Of a DNA stretch of 64,000 nucleotides, positions 25,549 through 38,744 are shown one piece after another; position 1 is the first letter of the stretch; each line of letters opens with the position of its first letter. The notes beneath the pieces were generated by a model, which made no database searches, was not told the origin of the DNA, and worked only from the letters and a program-made list of their open reading frames with translations. The DNA is from Sphyrna mokarran (taxonomy: Eukaryota). The position numbers and the translations under genes were made by a program. Location of the stretch: positions 39,060,001-39,124,000 of the forward strand of contig JAGIQG010000014.1 in the NCBI GenBank assembly GCA_024679065.1. Direction: 5' to 3'.

Positions 25549-26329
25549 TGTACCACCTTTGAAGGGGCCCATAATGCAAACTTGTGTCAATTGTAGAGAA
25601 CGTGTAGAGTGTAATCTACAGAGAGAAGCCCAGTTCCAAGGTGCACTTGGCCGAAGCTTATGTTTGAAGTTTAAACAAATAAGGTATTTGTTCCATTTCA
25701 TTCAATTGAAGAGAATTTCATCAGGTTTGGTGGAGTAAAATGATTTGTATAATGTAAGAAATTCTGGATGATTAAGCCTGGTATATTAGGAAATGTCTCA
25801 AACTGTTTACTTTCAAGCTCAAATTCACTAAGCTACAAGAAGAGCTTGTAGCTCTATCACAAGCAGGACGCCAAATGTTTCCTGGAGTGCATATTGCAGA
25901 ATGAGGTGGCCCTACAGGCAAACCAAGTGAGGAAAAGAAGTGGGTAACCACCAAAATGCAAGGAGAAGAATTGAGAACCTGCACTACGTGATTCCTTGAG
26001 ACAATCAAATTGACCACATGGGTATTCAGTATTGAACTGTATTACAATAGTAATAACTCAGACGAAGGTAAATATGCACTATACAATTGCCAAAGGGCAG
26101 GTGAAAATTGAAATGCAGTAATCATAGAGAAATATATAGTCCAGAGAAAAGACAAGTAAATTTGTCGACAGACAAAATTCCAAGATTATGTTTTGCCTGC
26201 CAGGTGACAGGATGTAGGAAATAACAGACAATCGACAAAGTATTTTTAATATGGAAGTAAAACAGCCAGAAGTTGTAGATCATGTTGAACTCAAAAACAA
26301 AGAAAGGATTAGAACAGAGGACCAAAACA

Positions 26330-26620
26330 GTGTACAGTGTTAGCGCTGCAGCCTCACAGCACCAGAAAACCTAGGTTCAATTCCAGCCTCAGATCACTGT
26401 CTGCGTGGAGTTCACACATTCTCCCCTTGTCTGCGTAGGTTTCCTCCCACAGTCTAAAGTTTGAGGATAGTTGGATTGGCCATACTAAACTGACACTAAT
26501 GTCAGGGGGAGGAGCAGTGTAATATGTGGTATTTTGGGAATAAGGTGTGGATGCGATTGAGATTGGTGCAGACTTGATGGGCTGAATGGCCTCCTTCTGC
26601 ACTGTAGGGATTCTGTCATT
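26330..26620 (+). mobile_element. V-SINE, tail A
   Basis: GCCTCACAGCACCAG..GGTTCAATTCC..TGGGCTGAATGGCCTCCTTCTGCACTGTAGGGATTCT. Confidence 0.85.
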
Positions 26621-26639
26621 CAGCATGAAGTTTCAAAAC

Positions 26640-27172
26640 TGCCCAGCATCCACAAGACAAGTCAGGACTGTGATGGAATACTCTCCACTTGTCTGGATGG
26701 GTACAACTGCAACAACACTCAAGCAGCTTGACGCCATTCATGACAATGCACCCCGCTTGATTACCACTATATCTACAAACACTCATTCTCTCCAACAACT
26801 GGCTGTAGAAACAGTGTGTACTATCTATCTACAATATGCCCTGCAGGAACCTTCCAAGTTTCTTTAGAGAGCACCTTCCAAACCATGACACTTCCATCTA
26901 AAAGAACGAGAGCTATAGATTCATGCGGACACCAACACCTGCAAGTTCCCCTCCAAACCACTCACTATTCTGACATGAAAAATATCACTCTTCCTTTGCT
27001 GTTGCTGGATCAAAATCCTGGGCATCCCTTCTTAACAGCATATTGTGGTCAACCCACAGAATGTGGACTGCAGTATTTCAAGAAGGTGACTCACTAATAC
27101 TTCTCAAAGGCAATTTGGGATGGCAATAAATGCTGGCTAGTCAGTGGAAACCTATGTCCCATGAATTAATTT
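26640..27172 (+). mobile_element. CR1-like (Zenon-type) LINE 3' end
   Basis: Peptide QVRTVMEYSPLVWMGTTATTLKQLDAIHDNAPRLI; 3' end GGCAATAAATGCTGGC. Confidence 0.75.
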
Positions 27173-27952
27173 TAAAAGTCTGATCTAGAGTGGGACCACA
27201 AAGCAGTGTATTAAGGTTACTTCCATACCAAACATTGGGCATTATAGTAATACTAAAATAAATGCATGGCTCATAATCACACCATCACTAAGATCACCTA
27301 CCTTTGCAACATTGTCCAACTTCGCCCCATCTCAGCTTATTTGCTGTCAGGTGTGGACTGAACAGTACAAACCAACATCATCTGAACTGGAACATTAATT
27401 GAAGAGTTTCATATTCCAAAGGTCAGGTCTTAAATAATAATGGAGAAGGAAAAGAAAACAAGGAAATCTAAAGGAAAAAGATTATGGAATATAGAAATGA
27501 TGAAATACAAAAACAAGACTTCAATAGAAAACAAAGTTGGAGGAAGAGATTAAAAACAATAGGATTACTAAATGAACAGGGACAGATTTCATTACAATAA
27601 TACAAGATATTTCAATAAAATTAATGAGACAGAGGCATGAATTACTGTGGGAGTGTGGCACAACAACAGTGATGATGATCTGGCTTAGGTGAGGCTGGGA
27701 CTGCTAGATAACCTTTCCTGGGGATGGGATATTCAAGACTAACAGTGGTGCAGAAAGTAAAAGGGTTAGTGATATTAATCAAAGATTCTATAACAAAATC
27801 AGAATATTGCATCTATTTTGTTAGGCTTAAGGATGACAGAAGGACATTGATAAATGAATACCTGGTAGTTTATCTTACTGAAGGCAGCATACAGGAAAAT
27901 ACTTTGAAAGACATTGGTTTGTAGAAAGTAAGTTGTGTCTGTCAAATATTTT

Positions 27953-28233
27953 AAGAAGTCTCACAAAACCAGGTTAAAGTCCAATAGGTTTATTTGGTAG
28001 CACAAGCTTTCACAATGTCGCTCCTTCTTCAGGTAAGTGAGTAGGTGTGTTCACAAACAGGGCATAAATAGACACAAACTCAATTTACAAGATAATGTTT
28101 GGAATGCGAGTCTTTACAGCTAATCAGGTGTTAAAGGTACAGAGAATGAGAGTGGAGAGAGCATTAAGCACGGGTTAAAGAGATGTGTATTGTCTCCAGC
28201 AGGACAGTTAGTGAGATTTTGCAAGCCCAGGCA
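27953..28233 (-). mobile_element. Penelope-like terminal fragment
   Basis: Reverse-complement match to 9712-10005; hammerhead remnant CTGAAGA..GAAAGCTT on the minus strand. Confidence 0.85.
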
Positions 28234-28247
28234 ATGGGCTGTGAACG

Positions 28248-28530
28248 GTTATTTATTAGTCACAAGTAGGCTTATATTCACACTGCAACGAAGTTACTGT
28301 GAAAATCTCCTAGCCACTACACTGTGGCACCTGTTCAGGTATACTGAGGGAGAATTTAGCATGGCCAATTCACCTAACCTATACATCTTTGGACTGTGGG
28401 AGGAAATCAGAGCACCCAGAGGAAACCCCATGCAGACACAGGGAGGATGTGCAAACTCCATGCAAACAGTGACCCAAGCTGAGAAATGAATCCAGGTCCC
28501 TGGCACAGTGAGGCAGCAATACTAACCGTC
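28248..28530 (-). mobile_element. V-SINE, tail B
   Basis: TTATTTATTAGTCACAAGTAGGC..GTGAAAATC..GCAAACTCC..GTGAGGCAGC. Confidence 0.9.
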
Positions 28531-28559
28531 ATGGGTGGCAAATGGATAAAATTAGGATA

Positions 28560-29083
28560 GGATTATTTGGAGTATTGTGTACAATTCTGGTTGCCACACT
28601 ACCGAAAGAATGTTGATGCATTGGAAAAGGTGCAGAAAAAATTTACGAGGATTTGGCTGATTTGGAAGATATGGACTATGAAAATAGTTTGAACAAACTT
28701 GGATTGTTTTCATTGGAGTGCCAGATGATGAGCAGGGACCTGATAGAGGTTTACAAGGTTATGACCGACTTGGACAGAATGGATAGTCAGAGTCTTTTAC
28801 CCAGGATCGAAGGGTCAATTACTTGGGGCATAGGTGAAAAGTGACAGGAGATAGTTTAAAAGAGATATAAAGTGCAGATGGAGATGAATGCCTGGGAGGC
28901 AGCGCTGGAAGCAGATTCTATAACAACGTTCAAGAGGCATTTGGATAGTTACATGAATAGACAGGGAAGAGAGAGAAATGAACCACTTTGAGGCAAAAAG
29001 TATTAGATTTGAGAGATATCTGTGTTGGCACAGACTTGGTGGTCCAAAGGGCCTGTTTCTGTGCTGTACTGTTCTTTGTTCTT
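28560..29083 (+). mobile_element. CR1/HER1 3' fragment
   Basis: LEYCVQFWLPHYRKNVDALEKVQKKFTR / DYENSLNKLGLFSLE..RDLIEVYKVM; tail AAGGGCCTGTTTCTGTGCTGTACTGTTCTTTGTTCT. Confidence 0.85.
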
Positions 29084-29587
29084 CTTTGATGGCAGATGAG
29101 TGAGGCAATCAACAAAGAATGGCAGGTGGGTAGGGTGACAGATGGGTGGTGTGTCAGGTAGTTAGATTGGCTGGCAGATGGGTCAAGTGTCAGGTGGATT
29201 AGGTGACAAGTGGAAAGACTGGTAGGGTAGCTAGTCAAGTCAAATTGAGGGGGTAGTTAGGTAGTGTGGGGTAGTCGAATGGTCTGGGGATCAGTTGGAT
29301 CAGATTGAGAGAAGTTAAAGTCAATGTGAGTGATTGGAATTTCATTTCTATGGTTACCCAGAATTTAGATAAGGATTTTTCTATCATTTCCTGAGTAACT
29401 ATTCCTAGGAAAAATAACTGTGGAACTATCTGAAGTTTTTGATCCAACTCACAGACAGAGACATTCACAGGGGGTCCCGGGAAGCAGAGGAACTCCCTAC
29501 TGAACTTCAAACTTCCCAGGCAATTCCCACAGAAGTCAGCAAGGCAGACCTCAGGGCGATCCTGATGTGTAACTTACATTGTGCTTA

Positions 29588-29822
29588 CTCTGATGAAAGG
29601 CCATAGAACTAAAACATAAAGGACCGGATTCTCCCATCTCACTTGCAGTTGCGATTTTCCAGTCCCACTGCAGTGCCCAGAGATTTGGTTGAGTGCCAAA
29701 TTTTCCATTTTCGCTAGCAGCGGGGTGTAAACAGCCAGAGAATTTCAGCCTAAATCTGGCTCTCTCTCCATAGATGCTGTCAAATCTGCTGAGAATTTAC
29801 AACATTTTCTGTTTGTCTTTTC
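29588..29822 (+). mobile_element. Short Penelope-derived hammerhead-bearing repeat interrupted by a Harbinger MITE (29620-29750, TAA TSD)
   Basis: CTGATGA at 29590; TAA|..GGACCGGATTCTCC...GAGAATTTCAGCC|TAA; resumes TCTCTCTCCATAGATGCTG..CTGCTGAG..CATTTTCTGTTT. Confidence 0.65.
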
Positions 29823-30766
29823 ATACAATGGTTCCTTCCCCCACTAGTTCGATTTTCCATGAGCAAACTATAAAAGATAAAGCTTGCTCTCACACTTGTA
29901 ACCTTCGTGTTGTGGCATTGTAATAAACAAAATGATAATGATGGGATATAAATCTTATGCTTCTGTTGAGATAAAAATTTATAATAGAGAGAAACCTGAA
30001 GTTCCTTAAATACATATTAGAAACTCTTGCAGCAGAGAAACTAATCATTCAATATGCAACAATGCGCAAACTGCTCATTGTCATTGTGACTGAGTATTCT
30101 TTTACAGATTGCTGTGTAACTAATCTGAAAATGAATATTTCATGCATCGTTGCAATTTGAGTCCATTTGTCCATGACTTTTCATATACTCTATTTCCTGC
30201 TAACCAGGGATTGAAAATTTTCAGTCAAACTGGATTCAGACAAATACCTTTGTATTCTGATTCATATCAAAGGTTGAAATCTTAGTTTCTGTCAGTGCTA
30301 CCCAGTGAGGTATTTATTCATTAAACGTGTTTGTTTTCTCAAAAGAAATCTGCCGCTAGAGTCCACAACATCATTATGTACCAACCTGTCTCTCTCTGGT
30401 GGGTAATGCAAAAAAAAGGTAACTTAGGAGCATTCGCAAAACAGAAGGGGGCCATTCACTCCATCTTTCGTTTGGCAGATAAATGTTTCATTGAATTAAT
30501 TTCCTCAGTTGCTATTGAGAAATTTGAGTGTATAATTCCAGATTACTAATCGAGGCCTCTGGATTATACAGCCAGTAAAATAACCACTATGCTACTGTAC
30601 CCTTCATTTTCAAAGGGATGAAGTGGGGAATTAGAAAGATGATTTGTTATTTTGTATGCACATGATTTTAAAAATGAACTTGTCTCGAACTTCAAGCATT
30701 TGAATATTTCAATTATATAAATAGATTGATACACAAAGCTGGTTGACTTTTCGGATTTTGACAACA

Positions 30767-30875
30767 CGGCCTGAATTTTATCATCCCTTCTACAAAGGGA
30801 ATCGGAGGGGTTAAGGACTGACCATGGAAAGGTCCATTGATTTTGGATGGGATTTTATGATTTTGGGCAAGGCCA
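30767..30875. mobile_element. Harbinger-type MITE fragment
   Basis: GGCCTGAATTTT terminus; internal GGGAATC..ACCATGGAA.GGTCCATTGA shared with the MITEs at ~14295 and 52168. Confidence 0.6.
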
Positions 30876-32059
30876 TATGTCTTAAATATGGTTTAATGTA
30901 TTATAAAACATTTCATTCCTGTACATGTTCTAAGAGCTTAATGTAGTAAAGGTAATATTGGAATACAATTGCAATTGCTGAAACCTACAATCATGCAGAA
31001 ATTAAAATATGCTGAATTTGCAATACAAAAGAAAGCCCATTTGGCCCATCTTTATCCTAGTTGTCATGTGAGACTCCCACTTTATTGCCTGAGGCAGTGT
31101 GGAGTAATGGGTTGGGATTTTGCAGCCTGTGTAGCTCTACAGCGTGTTTTCTCTCCAAATTATCTGACATTTTGTACACAGAAAGTCTGGGGGCATGATT
31201 TTCACCACCACACTGGTGGGGCTGGGCTCAGTAGTTCACATCGGCCCTTGCATCTATTCCATGACTGATTTGATTCATGTGAATCTCCAATGTTTACTAC
31301 ATAGGCACTGTTACACTCTGCATCCTTCACCTCCTCTGATGAACTATGTGCCTCCAGTGCTTCACTCTCTTCAAGGTGCACACGTCTCTGCAGGGACATA
31401 TCATTCAGATCATGGTAGACACCACAATGAGGAAACAGACTAGAGCATTCAATTATTCAAGATAATGGAAACTCTTCAGAGGACTAATGCCTGCTCGAGG
31501 GTGACCTTCGTGAGCAAATGGTTTCATTTGAAGCATGTCTACAGCTCAGTTGCAAGCACATACAAAAATGTCATTAAGCATCTATTCAAGGGTCTCCCTT
31601 ATTTCCTAAAAGCAATCCATGTATTTCCATAGCTCATGAAGAAATCCATCACCTTTGATTGATGATGCTATCACGGCAGTTGGCAGGATAATGTGCAAAC
31701 ACATACATAAAGCACCATATGTAGAGTAAAGGGTTAACATCAGAAGCACATGCTGCTGATGTAATATCATGTAACTGAGTAACAGAGAGCTGGAGGGAAC
31801 AAAAGTTTCAACCTCACATGGAGGTGTCAATATGTCTATGGTATGTATAAAGAGTCATAGAATTTTACAGCACAGGAGGCCATTCAGCCCATTGTATTTT
31901 TTACAGGCCCTCAAGAGAGCTACCAGCTAGTCCCGTTCTCCAGCTCTATCCCTTTACGTATCTAAATTGAACATTTCAAATACGTATCCTGTCTCTTTTC
32001 AAACTTCTTATGGGATCTGTCTGCACCATTCTCCCAGAGTATTTTAAATCAGTGTCAAG

Positions 32060-32230
32060 GAGTTTACTTTGACAGAATGGACAAACCCAAATGCATGATG
32101 AAACATCAGTTATGGTCACAGACCAGCTGCTTCTGGGGAGGAAATCTCCTTTGACCTTGATGACCACACAGCTGTAATTGAAAATGCCTTGCACTTGTGA
32201 AAATCAGCTATATACATGAATCCCACTGCC
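32060..32230 (-). pseudogene. Harbinger DDE transposase relic
   Basis: Minus strand VQGIFNYSCVVIK (cf. VQGAIDCTHVAIK) and QLVCDHN..FIMH (cf. NVQLVCD). Confidence 0.55.
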
Positions 32231-32849
32231 CTCTATGGGCATTTATAGCCTTCTTTCATCCCCTTCATAATTTGCTTTCCAACTCATGTTTGTGGCATCA
32301 GCAAATTTGGCAACAATCCTTTAGTTGCTTTGTTCATATATCAATTGTAAAAAGGTGAAGTCTCAACATTGATTCCAATGGCACAGCATTCATCACATCC
32401 CATGAACTAGAGAAAGGCCCAGTTACGCCAACTTGCTGTCTCCTGTCAGCTAGCTAATTTTTAATCCATGCCAGTATGTTACACCTTACACCACAAGCTT
32501 TGATTTTGCACAATATTTTTGACATGCTTGAGATCCAACATGGCTCCTAAGCCTCATTTCAAAAATTGTAAACTGACTTTTAATGAGCAGTAAACTAACT
32601 TGTTAACATCATCACTTGATGCTTTGCATTATTTGGGCAGTTTGCTGAGTCCCAACCAAAATCACTGCACATCGAAACCATATTGTGATGCTGAACGGTG
32701 TAAAATTAGAACCTACCTCCATTCTCAGCCCCATTTTGCTATGACACTTCAGCCTGCATTGTGTATCTCAGAAAAAAAAAAACAGAATTATTGGAAAAGA
32801 TGTTTAAAAAAATCATAGGGACAATACCTGCATTGAGGGGACATACTTA

Positions 32850-34515
32850 CCAAGAAAAGCTGAATGGACTGGGCTACTTTACCAGAGAAAAGAGGTGACC
32901 TCAGACATTTTTAAGATAATGAAAGGGTTTGATAGGGTAGAAGTTGAGAAATACAAAGAACAAAGAACAACACAGCACGGGAAACAGGCCCTTCAGCCCA
33001 ACGAGCCTGCGCCGCCATCCTAACGTCTTAATGACAATTAATGTTGTCCATTTACAACATTTTCCATTGTACAACATTGGGCCAAATGTTTCCATTTGTA
33101 TGAAGGTTCAAAACTGGAGGTCATAAATAATAGATCAAAATGAATAGATCCAGTAGAGAATTCAGGAAAAATGAATTTATTTGAAGAGTGGTAAGAGTGT
33201 GGAATCTATCACCACTCCCACAAAAAGTATGCGAAGCAAATAGCACAGGTTTATTTAAGGGGAAGTAGATAAGTATTTGAAGCAATAGAAGGGTATAAGA
33301 TAGCACTAGGTGAAATAGTAGGCTTAAACAGAGCATAAGGCCAATATGAATCAGTTGAGCTGAATTCAATATATGTATACCTGTGTACACACACTCAATC
33401 CAACTCAGTGGAAATATGAAATCTTTGATGACAACACGTTATTAAAAAGCATACAGAACTCTCAGCCTCATTAATAGAGCAGTGATGTAAGAAAGAAAAT
33501 AAGTAATGCTAAAACATCATAGATTACTAGTTAGACCCTATTTGGAGTTATATGGCTAGTTCTGAGAACCAAACATGAAGGTTTTGATTGAGTATGTTCT
33601 AAGTATGTTCCTGTTGTGGAGGAAGGACGTAACCAGAGGTCATCAATATAAGATAGTCACCGAGAAACCCAACAGAGACAAAAACAGAAATTGCTGAAAA
33701 ATCTCAGCAGGTCTTTACAGCAGCTGTGGAGAGAGAAGAGGGCTGACATTTCAAGTCTAGATGACCCTTTGTTATGGTGAAGAGTCAGTATTCCGCAGTA
33801 GGGAATTCAGAAAAAACTTCCTTACCCAAAAATTGATAAGAACACAGAGATCTCAACCACAGGGAATGGCTGAAGTGAATAATATAGATGCATTTAGAGG
33901 AAACGTAGACCAGCCAATAAGAGAAAAGAAGAATTGAAGATTATGATCTTAGCTCTAGAAAGGAAAAGATGTGAGGAGATTCTAGTGGAGCATAAATGCT
34001 GACATGCACTGATTGGGATGAATGGCTTTTCTCTGTGTTGTATATCCTATGTAGAGGAATAATGTCAAGGTTTTAATGAGGTTCTAGAACAGATTTACTA
34101 CCATGTCGCCAATTTTGTGACTAAACTGGAGAATCTGGGTTTTTTCTGCTTAGGACAGAGAAGATTAAGTGGTTTTTCAAACATGTGGTCAATATCATAT
34201 TGATGGAATAAATAAAGAATAACTGTTTTCAGTGGCAGAAGGTCAATTACCCAAGGACTCCAAATTAATGGCAAAAAAAAACAGGTAACATAAAAAAATG
34301 CAATAGTTTGTCATGATTTGGAATGCACTGCCTGAAAGGCTGGTGGGAACAGATTCAATCATCACTTTCAAATGAAAATTGGTAAATTTTTTTAAATGGA
34401 AAAAAATTGCAGGGCTCTGGGGAGAGAGGAGTGGACTGAAACTTTTTTGCTAGCACTTGTGAAGCATTGCCAGAGACACACTGGGCCAAATGGCCTCCAT
34501 TTGCACAGAATTGTT
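32850..34515 (+). mobile_element. Cluster of decayed CR1 3' fragments
   Basis: Repeated decayed E.L..LGL / GDL...FKIMKG.D segments and CR1 tails (GAATGGCTTTTCTCTGTG, GGGCCAAATGGCCTCC). Confidence 0.6.
33678..33785 (-). mobile_element. Short Penelope-derived repeat (same family as 29588)
   Basis: AAAACAGAAATTGCTG..CTCAGCAGGTCT..GTGGAGAGAGAA is the reverse complement of the 29760-29815 sequence type. Confidence 0.55.
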
Positions 34516-34777
34516 CCACAATTTTAAAAAAGTCACAATCTCAAATATTTCTGCTTAAACACTCAGACCAAGTCATCCTACCTCAAAGTATACTTACATT
34601 GTAATTATTTTTTTCCCACTGTGATGGTGATATATGTGAAACATATATTACTTTGTTTTATTTATATAGGTGGGCTCTGTCTCTTCTCTTTTCTAAGAAA
34701 TGTGACTCAACTAGCATTTCATTCCAAGAGACACCTCATGTATCTGATTCTTAACCTGGCACTTCACTCAAAAAAAA

Positions 34778-35082
34778 AATGTAGAAATCCTACAGTGCAG
34801 TTCAGACCAAGTCTGCACTAATCACAATCCTACCCAGTCTTCATTCCTGTAATCCCACAAATAACCCTGAACTACACAACCTAAGACACTAAGGGGAAAC
34901 TTGGGATGGCCAATGCACCTGACCTGTGCATTTTTGGATGGTGGGAAGAAACTGGAATATCTAGAAGAAACCCATGCAGACACAGGGCAAACATGCAAAC
35001 TCCACACAGACATTGACCCAAGCCAGGAATCAAACCCAGGTCCCTGGTGCTGTGAAGCAGCAGTGCTAACCACTGTGCTAGC
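34778..35082 (-). mobile_element. V-SINE, tail A
   Basis: TAGAAATCCTACAGTGCAG..GGCCAATGCACC..GCAAACTCCACACAGAC..GCTAACCACTGTGC. Confidence 0.85.
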
Positions 35083-35637
35083 TCTGTCAAGTGATAGTTC
35101 TTTGTGTGTCAGACTGGATAACGATGTTCAGCGAATTATTTCAAAATGAAGGAGCATTAAAGCAAAATACTATCCTTTCTACATTCAGTGTTTGCATGTG
35201 TACACCTTCCAGCAGAGAGCCCTTGGTGACAATTATAAATGATGCTCTTGCAGATTTTACCCTTCTTCCAGCATGACTCATCAACTAACCTAAGGATGGA
35301 ATCTGGCACTTTCATTATCTGCATGTTTCAGTATGATACCATAGAAGAAAGACAGAAAAGAGAAGAAAGAAGAGATGAAAAAAAGAAGCATCTCAGGATG
35401 TCCCACATTGATTTATAGCAAACAAAATACTTATTGATGTGTTGCAATTAAATATCCATTAACCTATTGCATGCAATTTTTTTTGCAATGCAATTGTATA
35501 TTTTTCACAATCACATTTATTCTTTTATTGTTCTTCAACTTAAATAGATAAAAATCACAAACAAAAACCTTGTGGATATTTCAAACAGATATTGTTTTTT
35601 CACCCCCAAATATAGTGGTCAAACACTTACCCATAGT

Positions 35638-35683
35638 GAACAACAGATGGCAGTATTGTAACAAAGTGGTTTCCATAGCAACC
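35638..35683. promoter_or_regulatory. RFX X-box next to a CTCF-like motif
   Basis: GTTTCCATAGCAAC at 35669-35682 (X-box consensus); CAACAGATGGCAGTA at 35641-35655; unique-sequence context. Confidence 0.35.
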
Positions 35684-36164
35684 TTAAATTTCTGTGTTTT
35701 GTTATCATAAGAAATATTTCACTTCAGTTCACCTAAAGCATTTATTCCCAGGTTCAGATATGTAAAATTTCTAAATTCTGTTTTACAGATATTTTATGAA
35801 GTTATCATTGCACTCTCCTCCCTTATTCAGGTCACAATGGGTCTTGAATACTAAAGACATTTTTCCATAGTCGATGCATTTTTATTACTGTCAGTGTCCA
35901 GTCAAGTCAAAACCAAACTCTAGTACCATAATTAGATAAAAACCAAGATTATTGCGAGAGCTATACATGTTAAACAAGTCTAAATTAAATAATCTTTGAT
36001 ACAATAGACAAAACATATGGCAAAATCATAAAATAACTAATATTCAATGGCCCATATTTGTGAACAGTGAAGAAGGAACAGAGCAGGACAGATAGTTAGG
36101 TTGTTGTTAAGAAGCATATAGGATACTTGCCTGCATTAATTGAGGCACTAAATATAAGAGTTAG

Positions 36165-38000
36165 TTTTTCATTCCTTACCTCTAGCCAGAGACTCTCTCC
36201 TTGACTCATTGAAGCGTCCTTTCTCTTCAGTACTGTAATACCATCTTTAATCAATACTTCCATTTCTGCACCACTTTTTTTCCTTTCCTATCTTACCTAA
36301 AGATCTTGCACCCAAGGATATTTAATGCCCAGTTCTGCCCTTCTTTGAGCCAGGTCTCTATTATAGCGATAACATTATAATTCCATTTGTCAACCTGTGC
36401 CTGTTGTTTACCAATATTACTAACAACACTCACATACATGCACATTAACTTTGATTTAGGTATTTTTACTTTCCTTCTTACTGTAGCCCTAACTAATGAC
36501 TTACTTTTGCATACTGTAATTTTATCAAACTGCCAAAGTACTCTATTTACCTTAATAATGTATCCCTGATGTATCCTCCTTGTAAGTTAGTATTTCTCAT
36601 CTTCACACTGCCAGCTTTTCTGCTGTCCATTATTGCATTTCCCCTCATGTTCCCATCGTCCCTGACAATCTAGCTTAAACCCTCCCCAACTGCATTGGTA
36701 GGTCTCCATGAATGACATTTATTTCAGTCCTGTTATGGTATAACCCATTCTTCTTGTACAGGTCCCACCTACCCCAGAACCAGTCTCAGTGCCTCAGGAG
36801 TCTAAAGCCATCCCTCCTATTCCACTTCTCAAGCCATGTGTTGAACTGATCAATCTTCTCATTTTTATGTTATCTAGTATGTGGAACTGGGAATAATCTT
36901 AATATTACTGCTTTTGAGAACATGTTTTTTAATTCCCTTCCCAATTCTCTAGGTTCCTTTTCAAGGCTTCATTTCTTTTCCTAGCCATGACATTTGTCCC
37001 AATGTGGACTGCAACCTCTGGCTGGTCACCTTCACCCAACCCTCTCTTTGCCCCAACCCAAAGAATGTCCTCCAAACACAATCTGTGACATCATTGACTC
37101 TGGTACCAGGGAGACAATATACCATCCTGCATCATGCCTATAGCCACAGATTTCCTGATTGCTCTCCTAAATATGGAATTCATATGACTTCACAATCACA
37201 TTTATTCTTTTATTCTACACTTCTTTTTTGTTGTGTAGCTGAGCCACTCATGATGCCACGAACCCAGCCCTGACTAAAGTCTCCTAACGAACCATCTCAC
37301 TCACCAGAATTCAAATGGCTAAAGAGCAGGATCACCCTAGTGGGTTCCTGCACTACATTCTTGTTTTTCTTAGATACTATGGCAGTCACCCATTCCCTCT
37401 TTTCCTGAATACTTCTTAGCTGCAAAACTTGCTGTTCTCAAAATCCTCAGTCTTATGGACACAGCAGAAAGAAAGAGAGCTAGAATTTACAGAGCAAACC
37501 TAAAATTGATGTCACTGGAGTCCCATATGTTGATTGGTTGATAAATTTAGGTCTTTCCATACTTAGCACAGAGGAGACCAATTGGTGAATGACAGGTGAG
37601 CAATTACCTGATGATTCGAGCTACCACTTGAGTTCTGCAATCCAGAGCTCAAGTTTCTGCTGCTAATGACACTTCTGGCAAATGTAGTCATCATTTGATC
37701 TCTGCAACAATTCCCACATCCTGCAGGGTACACATCCCACAGGCTGAGCTGGTCTGATATACCTTAATCTTTATATAAAGTGTTAACCGCAGTATAAGAT
37801 AATTGTTCACCTGTCACTCACCAATTGGTCTCCTCTGTGCTAAGTCTGGAAAGGCCTAAACTTATCAACCAATCAACATCTGGGACTCCTGTGACATCAA
37901 TTTTAGATTTGCTCTGTAAACTCTGACTCTCTTTATGCTGCTTTATGGGCTTCCTTTCTCAGAACCCCCGCTGTTTTATATGATTCCCCATAATAAAGTA
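36165..38000 (-). mobile_element. CR1 5' portion: 5' UTR, ORF1 zinc finger, decayed ORF1 and endonuclease
   Basis: Minus strand PCRMWE..DDYICQKCH..QKLELWIAELK (CR1 ORF1 zinc-finger/leucine-zipper pattern) at ~37620-37750. Confidence 0.7.
37463..37942. repeat. Inverted duplication, ~146-bp arms (37463-37609 and 37797-37942), ~187-bp spacer
   Basis: ACTTAGCACAGAGGAGACCAATTGGTGA vs TCACCAATTGGTCTCCTCTGTGCTAAGT; arms align throughout with scattered mismatches. Confidence 0.9.
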
Positions 38001-38744
38001 AGAGCCAACTGCTGAAGGCTGATGACAAGTAGGAAATGAAAGGGTCACCTCCTTTCTTCTTTACCAAGCTTTCTCATTCACCAAGTTCCAACTTAAGCAT
38101 CTTAATATACATAAAACAAAACTCTAGTGTAGACTATGTGGAAGCTGAGGAGCTGATGGTAATAGAATTGTGAAAAAATCTTGGTTAACAAATCTGCTAT
38201 TGCACATAGAGTATAAATTGCTAATCTGCAGTTAACTTGATAAACGGCCCTGTAGAGAAAGATTTTCTAATGATAAAGGTCCGATTTTCCTGCAGCTCTT
38301 CATTCTCTTTTACATGTTTTACTTGAAGAAGATAATTATCCATGAAATATCAATGGCAAATATCAATGTCCTATTTTAACACCCTGGCAGATTAAAAAAG
38401 GCTGAAGAGGGAACCAAAATATCTTGCAAAGCACTATTGTCAAACATCAAATAACTATAATGTCTATATTCTTACCATGATGTATAGATAATTGCTGTCT
38501 GCAAAATGAACCAGGAGGCCAATATTGCTCTGGGATATCCAAATTGATGCTAGATATGATTAATGAGAACAAGCTATTGCAATTTGGCATTCAACTATCA
38601 TAGAACCCCCAAAGTGCAGAAGGAGGCTATTCAGCCCAATCATTCCCAAAGTGCATCTTAACCAGTTATAGAATCCTATGACATGTTAAATCATTTGCCT
38701 AACTACTGAGATGGATTTTCTTTTGGTTACAATGAAACTCTGAA

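Noticed and set aside
35631-35732. Minus-strand coding exon (TTTAG...GG|GTAAGT)
   Set aside because: Stops in all three frames.
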